Virus record (IMG/VR): IMGVR_UViG_3300042549_005307
Span: 1-55,321 of that record
From: a virus
Lineage: Duplodnaviria; Caudoviricetes
DNA: 55,321 bases
Reading direction: 5' to 3' (one strand)
Each line of letters begins with the position of its first letter. Within the stretch, counting starts at the first letter, position 1. The translations under genes and the position numbers were made by a program. Below, piece after piece: positions 28,972 to 38,193 of this stretch. The notes below the pieces were generated by a model, which made no database searches, was not told where the DNA came from, and worked only from the letters and a program-made list of their open reading frames with translations.

Positions 28972-29583
28972 ATGCAAATCACTAGTAATTCTAAACAATA
29001 TTTAATTGTAGATGATTTCTTCAATGAGAGTGAACTAATATCTCTTTGGAAGGAGTTGGATACATTGCAAAGTAAAGATGTATTACAACCACCAAGCATT
29101 ACTGCTGGAGCAAAGGATGCAAATGGTAATATAATCAAAAAGAACTCTGGTATATTTTTAGATGATTATTATGAAAACAGAGAGGATTCATCTATACTCA
29201 ATATGTACGATAAGTATATTTGTGAAGAGGTATATGAAAAGTTCCCAACAATGAGTCCAGAGTTTAAGTATGCATTCTATGTAAACTTTGATAGAACTCT
29301 ATTGAATTATTATGAGAATAATGACCATTACAAACCACATACCGATGCCGCAATCTTAACTTGCTTATATTGGTGCTATAAAGAACCAAAAGCATTTGAA
29401 GGTGGTGATTTAACCTTACATCAAATTGGTGAGGTTATTAGTATAAAGAACAATAGATTGGTTATATTCCCATCGCATAATGTACATTCAGTTTCACCAA
29501 TATCTATGGAAGAAGTTGGGCAAGGTAAAGGTAGATATTGTATCTCAAAATTTTTATTTGTATATCCATCCGTAGGAAAATAA
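28972..29583 (+). CDS. 2OG-Fe(II) oxygenase, tandem paralog
   Basis: Identical N-terminus MQITSNSKQYLIVDD; YKPHTD..HSV..R; true ATG 28972. Confidence 0.9.
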   Translation: MQITSNSKQYLIVDDFFNESELISLWKELDTLQSKDVLQPPSITAGAKDANGNIIKKNSGIFLDDYYENREDSSILNMYDKYICEEVYEKFPTMSPEFKYAFYVNFDRTLLNYYENNDHYKPHTDAAILTCLYWCYKEPKAFEGGDLTLHQIGEVISIKNNRLVIFPSHNVHSVSPISMEEVGQGKGRYCISKFLFVYPSVGK

Positions 29584-29584
29584 T

Positions 29585-30748
29585 ATGAACACAATAGATA
29601 GTAAATACCAAGCATTATTAGAAGATATTTTAGACAACGGAGTTGAAAAGCAGGATAGGACTGGTACAGGTACTATATCTGTATTTGGCAGACAAATCCG
29701 CCATAAGATGTCACAGGGGTTTCCATTACTAACCACAAAGAAGATGGCATGGAATTCCATTGTGACAGAACTCCTATGGTTTTTAAGAGGTGATACTAAC
29801 ATCAAATTCCTATTGGATTACGATTGCCACATTTGGGATGGTGATACATATAAGAACTATGTAAGTAAAGTTGAAGAATATACATCTACATTAAATGTTC
29901 CTAATGATATATCCGAATTTCAAGAAGTAATGGATTCAGTAGGAAACCAAATAAAGAGTAGTGTATTATCAAAAGAAGAATTCATTAAACAAATCAAAAC
30001 CAATAATGAGTTTGCAAAGAAGTGGGGTGATTTAGGACCAATCTATGGTAAGCAGTGGAGACAGTGGCAAGGTTGGATGGATATGAATGGTAATGAGAAA
30101 GGTTCATTGTGGTATGACCAAATACTACGATTGGTACATGACCTTAAAACCAATCCAGATAGTAGAAGATTGATGGTATCAGCTTGGAATGTAGCAGAGT
30201 TAGACCAAATGGTTTTACCACCTTGTCATTATGGATTTCAAGTTTATACAAGAGAGTTGAGATTAATAGAACGAATTGATATTGCTATTGAAAGGGGATT
30301 AACTACTAAAACCGCTCACTTATCAGAAGAAGATTATTGGAAATGGTGTGATGAAAAAAACATTCCAACTAGAGCAATCTCATTAATGTGGAATCAGCGT
30401 TCAGTAGATACATTCTTGGGGTTACCGTTCAACATTGCTTCTTATGGATTATTATTAGAAATTATTGCGAAAGAAGTAAATATGGTGCCGGAAGATTTGA
30501 TTGGTAATTTGGGAGATGTGCATTTATATAAAAACCATATCGAACAAGCCAAAGAACAAATCAGTAGAGAACCTTATAGTTTACCAAAAGTTGAAATCAC
30601 CGAAAGGAATTGGTATCAGCACGAAAAAGTAAAAGAACAATTAGGACCAAAAACATTTAGAGATATAATACTATCTTACAGACCGGATTGTTTTGAACTA
30701 ATAGGTTACGAATCACATCCAAAAATAAAAGCACCCCTATCCAACTAA
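29585..30748 (+). CDS. thyA: Thymidylate synthase with two insertions
   Basis: DRTGTGT, FPLLTTKK, ELLWFLRG, DSRR, LPPCH, QRSVDTFLGLPFNIASY, HLYKNH. Confidence 0.97.
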   Translation: MNTIDSKYQALLEDILDNGVEKQDRTGTGTISVFGRQIRHKMSQGFPLLTTKKMAWNSIVTELLWFLRGDTNIKFLLDYDCHIWDGDTYKNYVSKVEEYTSTLNVPNDISEFQEVMDSVGNQIKSSVLSKEEFIKQIKTNNEFAKKWGDLGPIYGKQWRQWQGWMDMNGNEKGSLWYDQILRLVHDLKTNPDSRRLMVSAWNVAELDQMVLPPCHYGFQVYTRELRLIERIDIAIERGLTTKTAHLSEEDYWKWCDEKNIPTRAISLMWNQRSVDTFLGLPFNIASYGLLLEIIAKEVNMVPEDLIGNLGDVHLYKNHIEQAKEQISREPYSLPKVEITERNWYQHEKVKEQLGPKTFRDIILSYRPDCFELIGYESHPKIKAPLSN

Positions 30749-30751
30749 ACT

Positions 30752-31267
30752 ATGGTACATTATTTAGAAAATATAATCCCAATAGAAGATTGTGAAAAGA
30801 TAACACAACGAACTATGGATTTAATATGTAACAGACCTGATATGGTTGATTATAGTGTATATTCTGCACCTAAATCAACTGGCATAAGAACAGAGATAAT
30901 ACCTGAATGTTATATTTGGTTACATATATTAAAAGATAAAATAGAAGAGTTGGTTGGTTTTGAAGTAGAAGCAGTAAATACATATTGTAGGGAATATGTA
31001 AATGGCGCATCATTACCAAAACATATTGATAGAAAAGATATTGGTATAACATTATCAGTTTGTATAGAAAACCCTGCAAACATAGAGTGGCCTATTTGTT
31101 CCAATGATTACGATGATTCAGTAACTTGTAAAGATATAAAAGTAGGAGATGGGTTGTTGATTTACAACTCACACGAATTAGAGCATTGGCGAGATGAGTT
31201 AGTATGCGATGAAGATGAATATGTTTTTATGATGTTTTTACATTGGATTAAAAAAGAAAATAAATAA
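30752..31267 (+). CDS. 2OG-Fe(II) oxygenase-like protein
   Basis: LPKHIDR, WPI, GDGLL, EHWR, FLHW. Confidence 0.75.
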   Translation: MVHYLENIIPIEDCEKITQRTMDLICNRPDMVDYSVYSAPKSTGIRTEIIPECYIWLHILKDKIEELVGFEVEAVNTYCREYVNGASLPKHIDRKDIGITLSVCIENPANIEWPICSNDYDDSVTCKDIKVGDGLLIYNSHELEHWRDELVCDEDEYVFMMFLHWIKKENK

Positions 31268-31325
31268 CATTTAATACAATTTGGATATTTATATCTTTAA
31301 CAATAATTGTAAGAAATTTAATTAA

Positions 31326-31562
31326 ATGGTACTAATAATATCAGCAAACGAATTAGAAGAAGAATTTAAGGATAGTTGGAAAATGGGTCATATTATACAC
31401 CCACATTTAGATTTTGCAACAAATTGTATCCATGCCACATTTGAAAACAAAGATGTAATACTATATAAGTTTATTAATTACGGATATGTAGTATCAAACA
31501 AAAGTGGAAATCATACAATATCAGCAGGAGATGCTGGAATTATGATTCACTTTCACCAATAA
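31326..31562 (+). CDS. Hypothetical protein
   Basis: ORF with upstream TATTTAT. Confidence 0.6.
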   Translation: MVLIISANELEEEFKDSWKMGHIIHPHLDFATNCIHATFENKDVILYKFINYGYVVSNKSGNHTISAGDAGIMIHFHQ

Positions 31563-31567
31563 CAAAT

Positions 31568-31975
31568 ATGTACCCACAAATAGTACAAGAAGCAACAGAT
31601 AAATACTTAAAAGTAACCGATAGGTTATTTGGTATGAAATTGGAAGGAGAAATCCGTACCGATGTAAATGAGTTTATTAATGATTACTTTTTCCAAAAGT
31701 TTATCAAAGGTGATGAAGTTGCATTGGAAGATAGTAATGAGATAAAATACTTACAATCATATATAGTGTCTAAAATGGTTGTATATGAATTAACAGAAAA
31801 AGGATTTATGGGCACGTATAAAGAAGATGATACAAAGCCAGGTGAAGAGATAATTTATTTAACAGATGCAGGAAAACAATACTTAAACGAATATTTTAAT
31901 GAAGATGATTATGAAGAACACACAAATATGGAAGAATTGGCTGAATACATTAGCGGTAGTACTTTTAGTAGCTAG
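31568..31975 (+). CDS. Hypothetical protein, possible winged helix
   Basis: ELTEKGF...IYLTDAGKQYL. Confidence 0.55.
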   Translation: MYPQIVQEATDKYLKVTDRLFGMKLEGEIRTDVNEFINDYFFQKFIKGDEVALEDSNEIKYLQSYIVSKMVVYELTEKGFMGTYKEDDTKPGEEIIYLTDAGKQYLNEYFNEDDYEEHTNMEELAEYISGSTFSS

Positions 31976-32561
31976 TGGATTAGTAGCACAAGATGTAGTA
32001 GTAATTAAACACACAAACTACACAACACATTTCAGTAAATCAAAAAGATACCCAGTATTAGTACAATGGGAAACAACAAAAGCAATGGTAGGTTGTCCAA
32101 CTCCCTTAAAAAGAAAGGATAACTTTAAGCCAGACCCACAATTAGTAGATGAAACTAATATTGCATTTTATTATGTAAAAAGTGGATACGATAGAGGACA
32201 CGTAATGCCGGCAGCTGATAACCTTTGTCAAACCCAAGCGGTGCAGGATGAATGTTTCTATTTTTCAAATATGGTAGCACAAACACATAGATTAAACGCT
32301 GGAGATTGGAAATCATTAGAAACTGCAACCCGAAATTGGGCAATGATTAGTTCAAAGGTAAGAGTATGGAGTGGTTCAGTTGGTGAAGCAAAGAAAATAG
32401 GGTTAGTATCAGTTCCTACACAATGTTGGAAAGTGGTTCAAATAGCAGGAAAGTGGCACGCATATTTATTTAATAATGATTTATCAAATCCTGATGGGTT
32501 TGAGAACAACGAAGTACCATTAGCACAAATACAGAAACTAACTGGCTACACCTTTAAGTAG
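31899..32561 (+). CDS. Secreted DNA/RNA non-specific endonuclease (NucA-like)
   Basis: Signal peptide; GYDRGH, FSNM..Q..LN..W..LE, VP..CWK. Confidence 0.9.
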   Translation: MKMIMKNTQIWKNWLNTLAVVLLVASGLVAQDVVVIKHTNYTTHFSKSKRYPVLVQWETTKAMVGCPTPLKRKDNFKPDPQLVDETNIAFYYVKSGYDRGHVMPAADNLCQTQAVQDECFYFSNMVAQTHRLNAGDWKSLETATRNWAMISSKVRVWSGSVGEAKKIGLVSVPTQCWKVVQIAGKWHAYLFNNDLSNPDGFENNEVPLAQIQKLTGYTFK

Positions 32562-32630
32562 CGCGGGGAGGGGCGGGGGAGTAAAAGGTGTCGAACCTAA
32601 AAAATTTGATAGTGTGTCAACCTCACCCCA
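32562..32630 (+). repeat. G-rich intergenic element, copy 1
   Basis: CGCGGGGAGGGGCGGGGGAG...GTCGAACCTAAAAAATTTGATAGT, similar to 55018-55082. Confidence 0.8.
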
Positions 32631-32707
32631 AACGATATAAAAAAGTACGGATATTATTTGGATATATAAAGATAATTTCGTATCTTTATTCCAACTAAAA
32701 AATAGTT

Positions 32708-32863
32708 ATGAATAAAAGAGATAATACATTGGTATGGGTTTGCTTTGCTCTAATCGCGTGTATAAGCATTCAATTGGTTGGAACACTTCGTTTGAAGAGC
32801 CAAATTAGAGACTTGGAATCACAAGTCCTACAACTTAAAAAGAAGAATGAAGTTGGCAAATAA
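32708..32863 (+). CDS. Small TM plus coiled-coil protein (51 aa), not in the ORF track
   Basis: MNKRDNTLVWVCFALIACISIQLVGTLRLK...; behind a promoter with -7 box at 32681. Confidence 0.6.
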   Translation: MNKRDNTLVWVCFALIACISIQLVGTLRLKSQIRDLESQVLQLKKKNEVGK

Positions 32864-32956
32864 AATCTTACGATTTTTGTTCCGTATAGAGTTATGTACA
32901 ATCTATGATAATTATACCGGCAACATCGTTGGGTATGGAATTAGAAAACATCTGAA

Positions 32957-33961
32957 ATGATAACACCAGAAGAAAAAGGAGAAGAGTTGATTGAGTTCTT
33001 TATGAACGCAGAACCACCAAAGATGAGTGATTATAGCAGGTTATATCGTCCTACGGCGATTCTATTTGCTAAAAAGGTATGTGATGAGGTGATGAGTGAT
33101 ATGGGTGCTGATAGAGGATACCAATTTTGGTATAATGTAAAACAATATTTAGATAAATAAGATTATGACATCAAAAGAATTTGTAGTTTGGATGCAAGGA
33201 TTTGTAGAGGCTTGTAATGATTATTCACCCACACCAAAGCAGTGGGATACCCTAAAAGATAAGTTAGGTGAAGTTAAGGATGAACCAACACACTCTATTC
33301 CGTTTGGAGTTCCAAATACTGCACCAATACAAACATTACCATTTATCCAACCATATGACCCATACAACCCATATAAGATAACTAGTGAAAGTGGTACAAC
33401 ACTAACAGTATCATCAGGTAGTAGTGGAACTATTGTAGTTACACCTGGATATGGTTCTATTACATATAATCCATCAACATCAACTGCATATGGTTATCCA
33501 AGTGGTTCTGCGTGGAATTATACATCTACATTACCACAACAACCAACGACAGGAAGTAATCAGTTAGAATTAGAATTTGAAACAAAATAGATATGAGTTA
33601 TATTAGTAAAGGTGCACAACCTACAAAGATTACGGCCGAACAATGGGGTAGAAAGGTTAGTATTGAACTACCTAATTCAGATACAGATATTCACGAGTTA
33701 TTGGATATTTTTAAAGGAATTACAATCGGATTAGGTTATTCTGAATCTGGTTGGAATAATGGTATTAAAGAAATGGCAGAATCTATTTACGAAGATGAAA
33801 ATACGGATTTAAAATATAAGTTGAGTGAGTGGAGTGATGATGAATTAGGTGAAGCGATTGCACAACATAACGCACATGAAGAAGGTTATGATATTGATGA
33901 TTATGTAGAAGGTAATACTGAAGATAATTATGATGAAGGAGGGAGGCCGATTAAGATATGA
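32957..33961 (+). other. Three hypothetical genes (32957-33160, 33165-33590, 33593-33961)
   Basis: Abutting co-directional ORFs; 33165 has the phage-typical FVVWMQGFVEA..PTPKQW start. Confidence 0.7.
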
Positions 33962-34518
33962 GTGGATTATTACTACCAAAAAATAGAACCCTACACTTTG
34001 CCAAACAAGTAGAGCAATCTACGATATTGGAATTAACAAAGGGGATTATAGATATAGTTGAGGATGATGAATACTTAAAAAAATTGTATTCTATACATGG
34101 TTTAACATACGAACCTTTACCAATTAAGATATATATAGATAGTTATGGTGGACAAGTGTATCAATGTATGGGATTATTGGGGGTGATGGAACGTTCAACG
34201 ACACCAATACACACCATCGTTACGGGTGTTGCAATGAGTTGTGGTTTCTTAATCACATTAGGAGGTCATACGAGGTTTGCATACCCGACATCAACCTTAC
34301 TATATCATCAAGTTTCATCCGTATCGGCTGGAACGTTGAAGGATATAGATGATGATGTAATTGAGATGAAACGATTGCAAAAATGGATTGAAGATTTAAC
34401 TGTCCGTAGAACCCATATTAAGAAGGCAAGGTTGAAGGAAGTATATAAAGAAAAGATTGATTGGTATATCCCAGCTGAAGAAGCATTGGAGTTGGGTGTA
34501 ATTGATGAGATACTATAA
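33958..34518 (+). CDS. clpP: ClpP-family serine protease
   Basis: YIDSYGG, GVAMSCG (Ser), LYHQ (His), DWY..AEEALELGVIDEI. Confidence 0.88.
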   Translation: MSGLLLPKNRTLHFAKQVEQSTILELTKGIIDIVEDDEYLKKLYSIHGLTYEPLPIKIYIDSYGGQVYQCMGLLGVMERSTTPIHTIVTGVAMSCGFLITLGGHTRFAYPTSTLLYHQVSSVSAGTLKDIDDDVIEMKRLQKWIEDLTVRRTHIKKARLKEVYKEKIDWYIPAEEALELGVIDEIL

Positions 34519-34778
34519 TGGATAAGATAATTTTGGTTCACTACATTAATGTAGATGGAGTACCCAACAGTAATTTGGGAGAAATGATGGAAATGGTTAA
34601 GGAATCATTGGCAAAAGATGCTGATATTATTTCTTATATAGTTCCTATTAGAGATGAACCAACTCGAATTGAATGTGTGAATCCAAAGTTATTAAAAGAT
34701 AATGATGATGCATGGGATAATGTTAAGAGGATTTTAGATAGAAACCAAAAGGCAGTTGATAAATTTATAAAGGAGTAA
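34518..34778 (+). CDS. Hypothetical protein
   Basis: ILVHYINV..TRIECVNP. Confidence 0.65.
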   Translation: MDKIILVHYINVDGVPNSNLGEMMEMVKESLAKDADIISYIVPIRDEPTRIECVNPKLLKDNDDAWDNVKRILDRNQKAVDKFIKE

Positions 34779-34780
34779 TT

Positions 34781-35407
34781 ATGGATTTTATACATAGAAT
34801 ACCAAATTTATTATCAGAGGATTTTTGCAAAGATATTATAGAAAAATTTGAAAAATCATCATTGAAAAAAAAAGGTGCATCCTATAAAATAATAAATGGT
34901 AAAGTTATACAAGTATTAGAAGATACTATTATAGATGAAACTTTTGAAAGCAACAAAAAATCTACTGATATTTCTATATATCCAAACTTTTTATTAAATG
35001 ATGATGTTAAAAAAGAAAACTGGGATGATTTATTAGAAAAATTACATAATTGTTTGTTTTTAGGATTACAATCATATACCGATGAACATGATATTATAAA
35101 TGTGTTAGAAGCTACTGAATTAGAAGGATATAATATACAAAAATACCTACCCGGAGAGGGGTTTTTTAATTGGCATTGTGAAAATAGTGGATATGATTTT
35201 GGTGGAAGAAGATGTTTTGCTTGGATGATATATTTAAATGATGTTGAAGATGGTGGAACTGAATTTAAAGTTCAAAACCACGTTGAAAAAGCAGAAACAG
35301 GCAAGTTTGTCATATGGCCGGCATATTGGACACACGTACATAAAGGTCAAATAAGTTATACAAAAACAAAATATATTATAACTGGGTGGTTTAAACACAT
35401 TGATTAA
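34781..35407 (+). CDS. 2OG-Fe(II) oxygenase
   Basis: IQKYLPGEGFFNWHCE, MIYLNDVEDGGTEF, WPAYWTHVHKG, KYIITGW. Confidence 0.9.
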   Translation: MDFIHRIPNLLSEDFCKDIIEKFEKSSLKKKGASYKIINGKVIQVLEDTIIDETFESNKKSTDISIYPNFLLNDDVKKENWDDLLEKLHNCLFLGLQSYTDEHDIINVLEATELEGYNIQKYLPGEGFFNWHCENSGYDFGGRRCFAWMIYLNDVEDGGTEFKVQNHVEKAETGKFVIWPAYWTHVHKGQISYTKTKYIITGWFKHID

Positions 35408-35410
35408 AAT

Positions 35411-35653
35411 ATGGAAGAAGAGAAAATAAAATGGGATGGATTTGATGGTGCAATCGTAGGAAATTGTTACTATACCAACCGATACATATATGATACAGAT
35501 ATAATGATTACTACCCTAATGACTAGAGATAGTATGAGTTATAGTGATGCTTGGGAGCATTTAGAATTTAATGTATTAAATCACCATTTAACAGATGCTA
35601 GTGGTAAATACATAACACCAATTCATTTAGTTAGAGAATACGAAATAGATTAG
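35411..35653 (+). CDS. Conserved phage hypothetical protein
   Basis: DGFDGAIVG..YD..MSYSDAWEHLEFN. Confidence 0.7.
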   Translation: MEEEKIKWDGFDGAIVGNCYYTNRYIYDTDIMITTLMTRDSMSYSDAWEHLEFNVLNHHLTDASGKYITPIHLVREYEID

Positions 35654-35654
35654 T

Positions 35655-36365
35655 ATGGGAAAAGATAGATTCTTTGCCAATTGGGAAGAAGATGAAGAGG
35701 ATAAATGGGAAGATGTAGACCAACCAAAAGAGGAAAAACTTACCACCGAAGAGCGTATCGAAAAGATAAAAGATACGATGATTAAGAAAAAATGGTCTAC
35801 TGGTGCATACCCACGTGGAGCAGGATTTCGTCCTATATTGGAATCTGATATATTAGATGCGCAAAACAAATCAAAATCTGGATTTGAAACTGCTAGAACA
35901 TTGGGTGTATCATATAATACCTATAAAAAATGGGCTAAAACATATGGCATATTTGAAAGAGCATTAAATCCATCTGGCATCGGTATTGTCCGTGCTAATC
36001 AAGTCCATAAAGGTGAAAACGCATTGGATATGATATTGAGGGGAGAAGGTAGACCTGATTATCCAATTGCAAGATTAAAACGCAGATTGATTACATCTGG
36101 TTACTTTGCAGAAGAATGTACCTGTTGTGGGTTTGATGAGAAAAGAGCAACCGATGGTAAAGTTCCGTTATTGTTGGATTTTTTAGATAATGAATGGCAA
36201 AACCATAAATTAGAAAATCTACGATTTTTATGTTATAATTGTTTCTTTCTATTGGTGGGTAAGAGAAAAATACCAAAAAGAGGAACTATTGTAACGCAAG
36301 GTGTGACAGACGATGGTGATGAAGATGAAGTGACAGAAGATGAATTAGAAAATACAGAAAATTAA
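35655..36365 (+). CDS. HTH plus degenerate HNH/Zn-finger protein
   Basis: ARTLGVSYNTYKKWA; CTCCG..LLLDFLD..N..ENLRFLCYNC with catalytic His not conserved. Confidence 0.7.
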   Translation: MGKDRFFANWEEDEEDKWEDVDQPKEEKLTTEERIEKIKDTMIKKKWSTGAYPRGAGFRPILESDILDAQNKSKSGFETARTLGVSYNTYKKWAKTYGIFERALNPSGIGIVRANQVHKGENALDMILRGEGRPDYPIARLKRRLITSGYFAEECTCCGFDEKRATDGKVPLLLDFLDNEWQNHKLENLRFLCYNCFFLLVGKRKIPKRGTIVTQGVTDDGDEDEVTEDELENTEN

Positions 36366-36373
36366 ATAATACT

Positions 36374-36889
36374 ATGGATTTTATAATAAATAGATATGCA
36401 AATGTTTTATCTCAAGAAGAGTATAATACATTAAAAATGATTGTTAAACAGTTAAAATGGGAATACTCTGGCCAAAGTATTGAAGGTAGTAGTGGTAATA
36501 AATTTTGGTTTTCTGATTTAAGTGATAATCCATTTTTTACTGATTTTTTTTTAGAAAGATTACAAGAAATAACTAAAAATAAATATGTTTTAGATAAAGT
36601 ATATGCAAATGGTCAAACATTGGGGCAAGATGGGGGCTGGCATACCGATAGTGATTTTGATAATAGATACACTTTTTTATATTACTATAACGATTGTATG
36701 GATATATCTTTAATAGGAGATACTTATTTTAAAGATGATGATGATATACCATTAGCAGTATCACCCGTACCCAATAGTGCAATACTTTTTAATCATACTA
36801 TACCACATTATGGTGCTGCACCAAAACGAGCCTATAACGATTTACGTGTTACTATTGCATTTAAACTAACGGAAATACCAACTACTTAA
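36374..36889 (+). CDS. 2OG-Fe(II) oxygenase
   Basis: YANGQT, WHTD, IPHYG, RVTIAFK. Confidence 0.88.
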   Translation: MDFIINRYANVLSQEEYNTLKMIVKQLKWEYSGQSIEGSSGNKFWFSDLSDNPFFTDFFLERLQEITKNKYVLDKVYANGQTLGQDGGWHTDSDFDNRYTFLYYYNDCMDISLIGDTYFKDDDDIPLAVSPVPNSAILFNHTIPHYGAAPKRAYNDLRVTIAFKLTEIPTT

Positions 36890-36979
36890 AAAAAACTTAA
36901 AAAGTTTTTGGATATATGGAAACTTATTCGTATATTTGTACAACTTAAAAATTAAAACAAATAAATAAACAAAAAAACT

Positions 36980-37189
36980 ATGGCGAAGTACTTTCAAGTA
37001 GCAGTAGAGTTACACACAGACAATGGTAAGGGTGGAACTAAAAAAGTAACAGAACAATATTTAGTGGATGCTCAATCCGTAACGGAAGCAGAAGCAAGAG
37101 TTGTTAAGGAATTTGAAGCATCTAACATTCAGTTAGAGTATAATATCAAAGGAGCGGCTCAATCAAAAATCGTAGAGGTATTTGAATAA
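36980..37189 (+). CDS. DUF4494-like protein (Bacteroidota)
   Basis: KKVTEQYLVDAQSVTEAEARV. Confidence 0.75.
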   Translation: MAKYFQVAVELHTDNGKGGTKKVTEQYLVDAQSVTEAEARVVKEFEASNIQLEYNIKGAAQSKIVEVFE

Positions 37190-37437
37190 TGGAAACGCAA
37201 GTTAAAGAAGAAAAGAAACTTGCACTCAAACGTGTTCCACCGGGAGATAAGTGGGTATTCGCTAATGGTTCATCCAAAGCAACATATCCATCTTTAACCG
37301 ATGGATTAGAGGCTTGGTATCAAACTAATGGCGATACTCAATTCTTTATGGATGCCAGAAAAGGCACGGTTGAAGTAGTTTCAACAATCGAAGTGGAAGT
37401 ACCACAGAAAAGATTTTCGCTATATGGCGAAGATTGA
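37189..37437 (+). CDS. Hypothetical protein
   Basis: Coupled ORF. Confidence 0.65.
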   Translation: METQVKEEKKLALKRVPPGDKWVFANGSSKATYPSLTDGLEAWYQTNGDTQFFMDARKGTVEVVSTIEVEVPQKRFSLYGED

Positions 37438-37470
37438 TATTTATAATAGTAACCAAATAAATAAAAATAA

Positions 37471-37791
37471 ATGAATACAATTCTAATCATTCTCGCATTA
37501 GCAGCGGTAGCAGTTGGTGTGGTCTATTTCCTTACCAAAAGTGGTAAAATTAAAGACTCGGATGGGGATTTAATCCCAGATGTAATAGAGGATTCTATTG
37601 CAGAAGTAAACAAAACCTTTACAGAAACAAAGGTAAAGATTGAAAAAGTTAAGGAGCAAGTTGAAGATGTTACTAAAGCAGTTAAGAAAGTAGCCAAAGA
37701 AATGGGTGAAGTAGCTGATGTAGTACAAGGTAAAGAAGTTCCAGTAAAGAAAAAAAGACGTTATTATAAACCAAAAACAAATAAACAATAA
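37471..37791 (+). CDS. Membrane-anchored protein with DxDGDxIPD motif, coiled coil and basic tail
   Basis: TM helix, DSDGDLIPD, KKKRRYYK. Confidence 0.65.
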   Translation: MNTILIILALAAVAVGVVYFLTKSGKIKDSDGDLIPDVIEDSIAEVNKTFTETKVKIEKVKEQVEDVTKAVKKVAKEMGEVADVVQGKEVPVKKKRRYYKPKTNKQ

Positions 37792-37801
37792 AACAAAAAG
37801 T

Positions 37802-37963
37802 ATGAAAAATTTATTATTCGTAGCGTTTATCGCATTAGGATTAGGATTAGTAGCTTGTGGTGAGAAAAACACAGAAGCAGCAGCAGATTCAGTTGCAGTT
37901 GATACCATAGCAGCAGATTCAGTAGCATCTGATTCAGTTGCCGTTGATTCAGTAGCTAAATAG
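37802..37963 (+). CDS. Small lipoprotein (53 aa) with five D-S/T-V/I sequons, not in the ORF track
   Basis: MKNLLFVAFIALGLGLVA-CGEKNTEAAADSVAVDTIAADSVASDSVAVDSVAK. Confidence 0.8.
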   Translation: MKNLLFVAFIALGLGLVACGEKNTEAAADSVAVDTIAADSVASDSVAVDSVAK

Positions 37964-37984
37964 TTAAATCTATCTAATAATTAA

Positions 37985-38009
37985 GCCTCCCATTTTGGGA
38001 GGTTTTTTT
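37985..38009 (+). terminator. Intrinsic terminator
   Basis: GCCTCCCA-ttt-TGGGAGGT followed by a T-run. Confidence 0.85.
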
Positions 38010-38015
38010 ATGCAA

Positions 38016-38170
38016 AAATAATTAAGAAAAGTGTAGGAAATGTGAAATAAATTGCCTATCTTTATAGGGTAATGAGAGTTAGATATAAAATAAAATCAAC
38101 ATTGGGTAAAATAACACCAAAAGTGGGTAAAATACCATTTGACATTCTCAATTATTTTCACTATATTTGT
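38016..38170 (+). promoter_or_regulatory. Tandem promoters (type A cassette and TTTG-N20-TATATTTG) with a TGGGTAAAATA direct repeat between them
   Basis: -7 boxes at 38057 and 38162; repeats at 38103 and 38124. Confidence 0.7.
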
Positions 38171-38193
38171 ATATACATTAAAAGATAGATACT

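Noticed and set aside
29585-30748. Intein or intron in thyA
   Set aside because: Insertions are short, in frame and lack splicing motifs
28358-31267. TET/JBP-type base-hydroxylation cluster around thyA
   Set aside because: Motifs look like generic P4H-type phage oxygenases and ThyA is canonical; no direct support
32586-32600. GGTTCGAC T-loop-like sequence on the minus strand of the G-rich repeat (also ~55049-55057)
   Set aside because: Only a 3-bp stem and no acceptor, D or anticodon arms; not a tRNA
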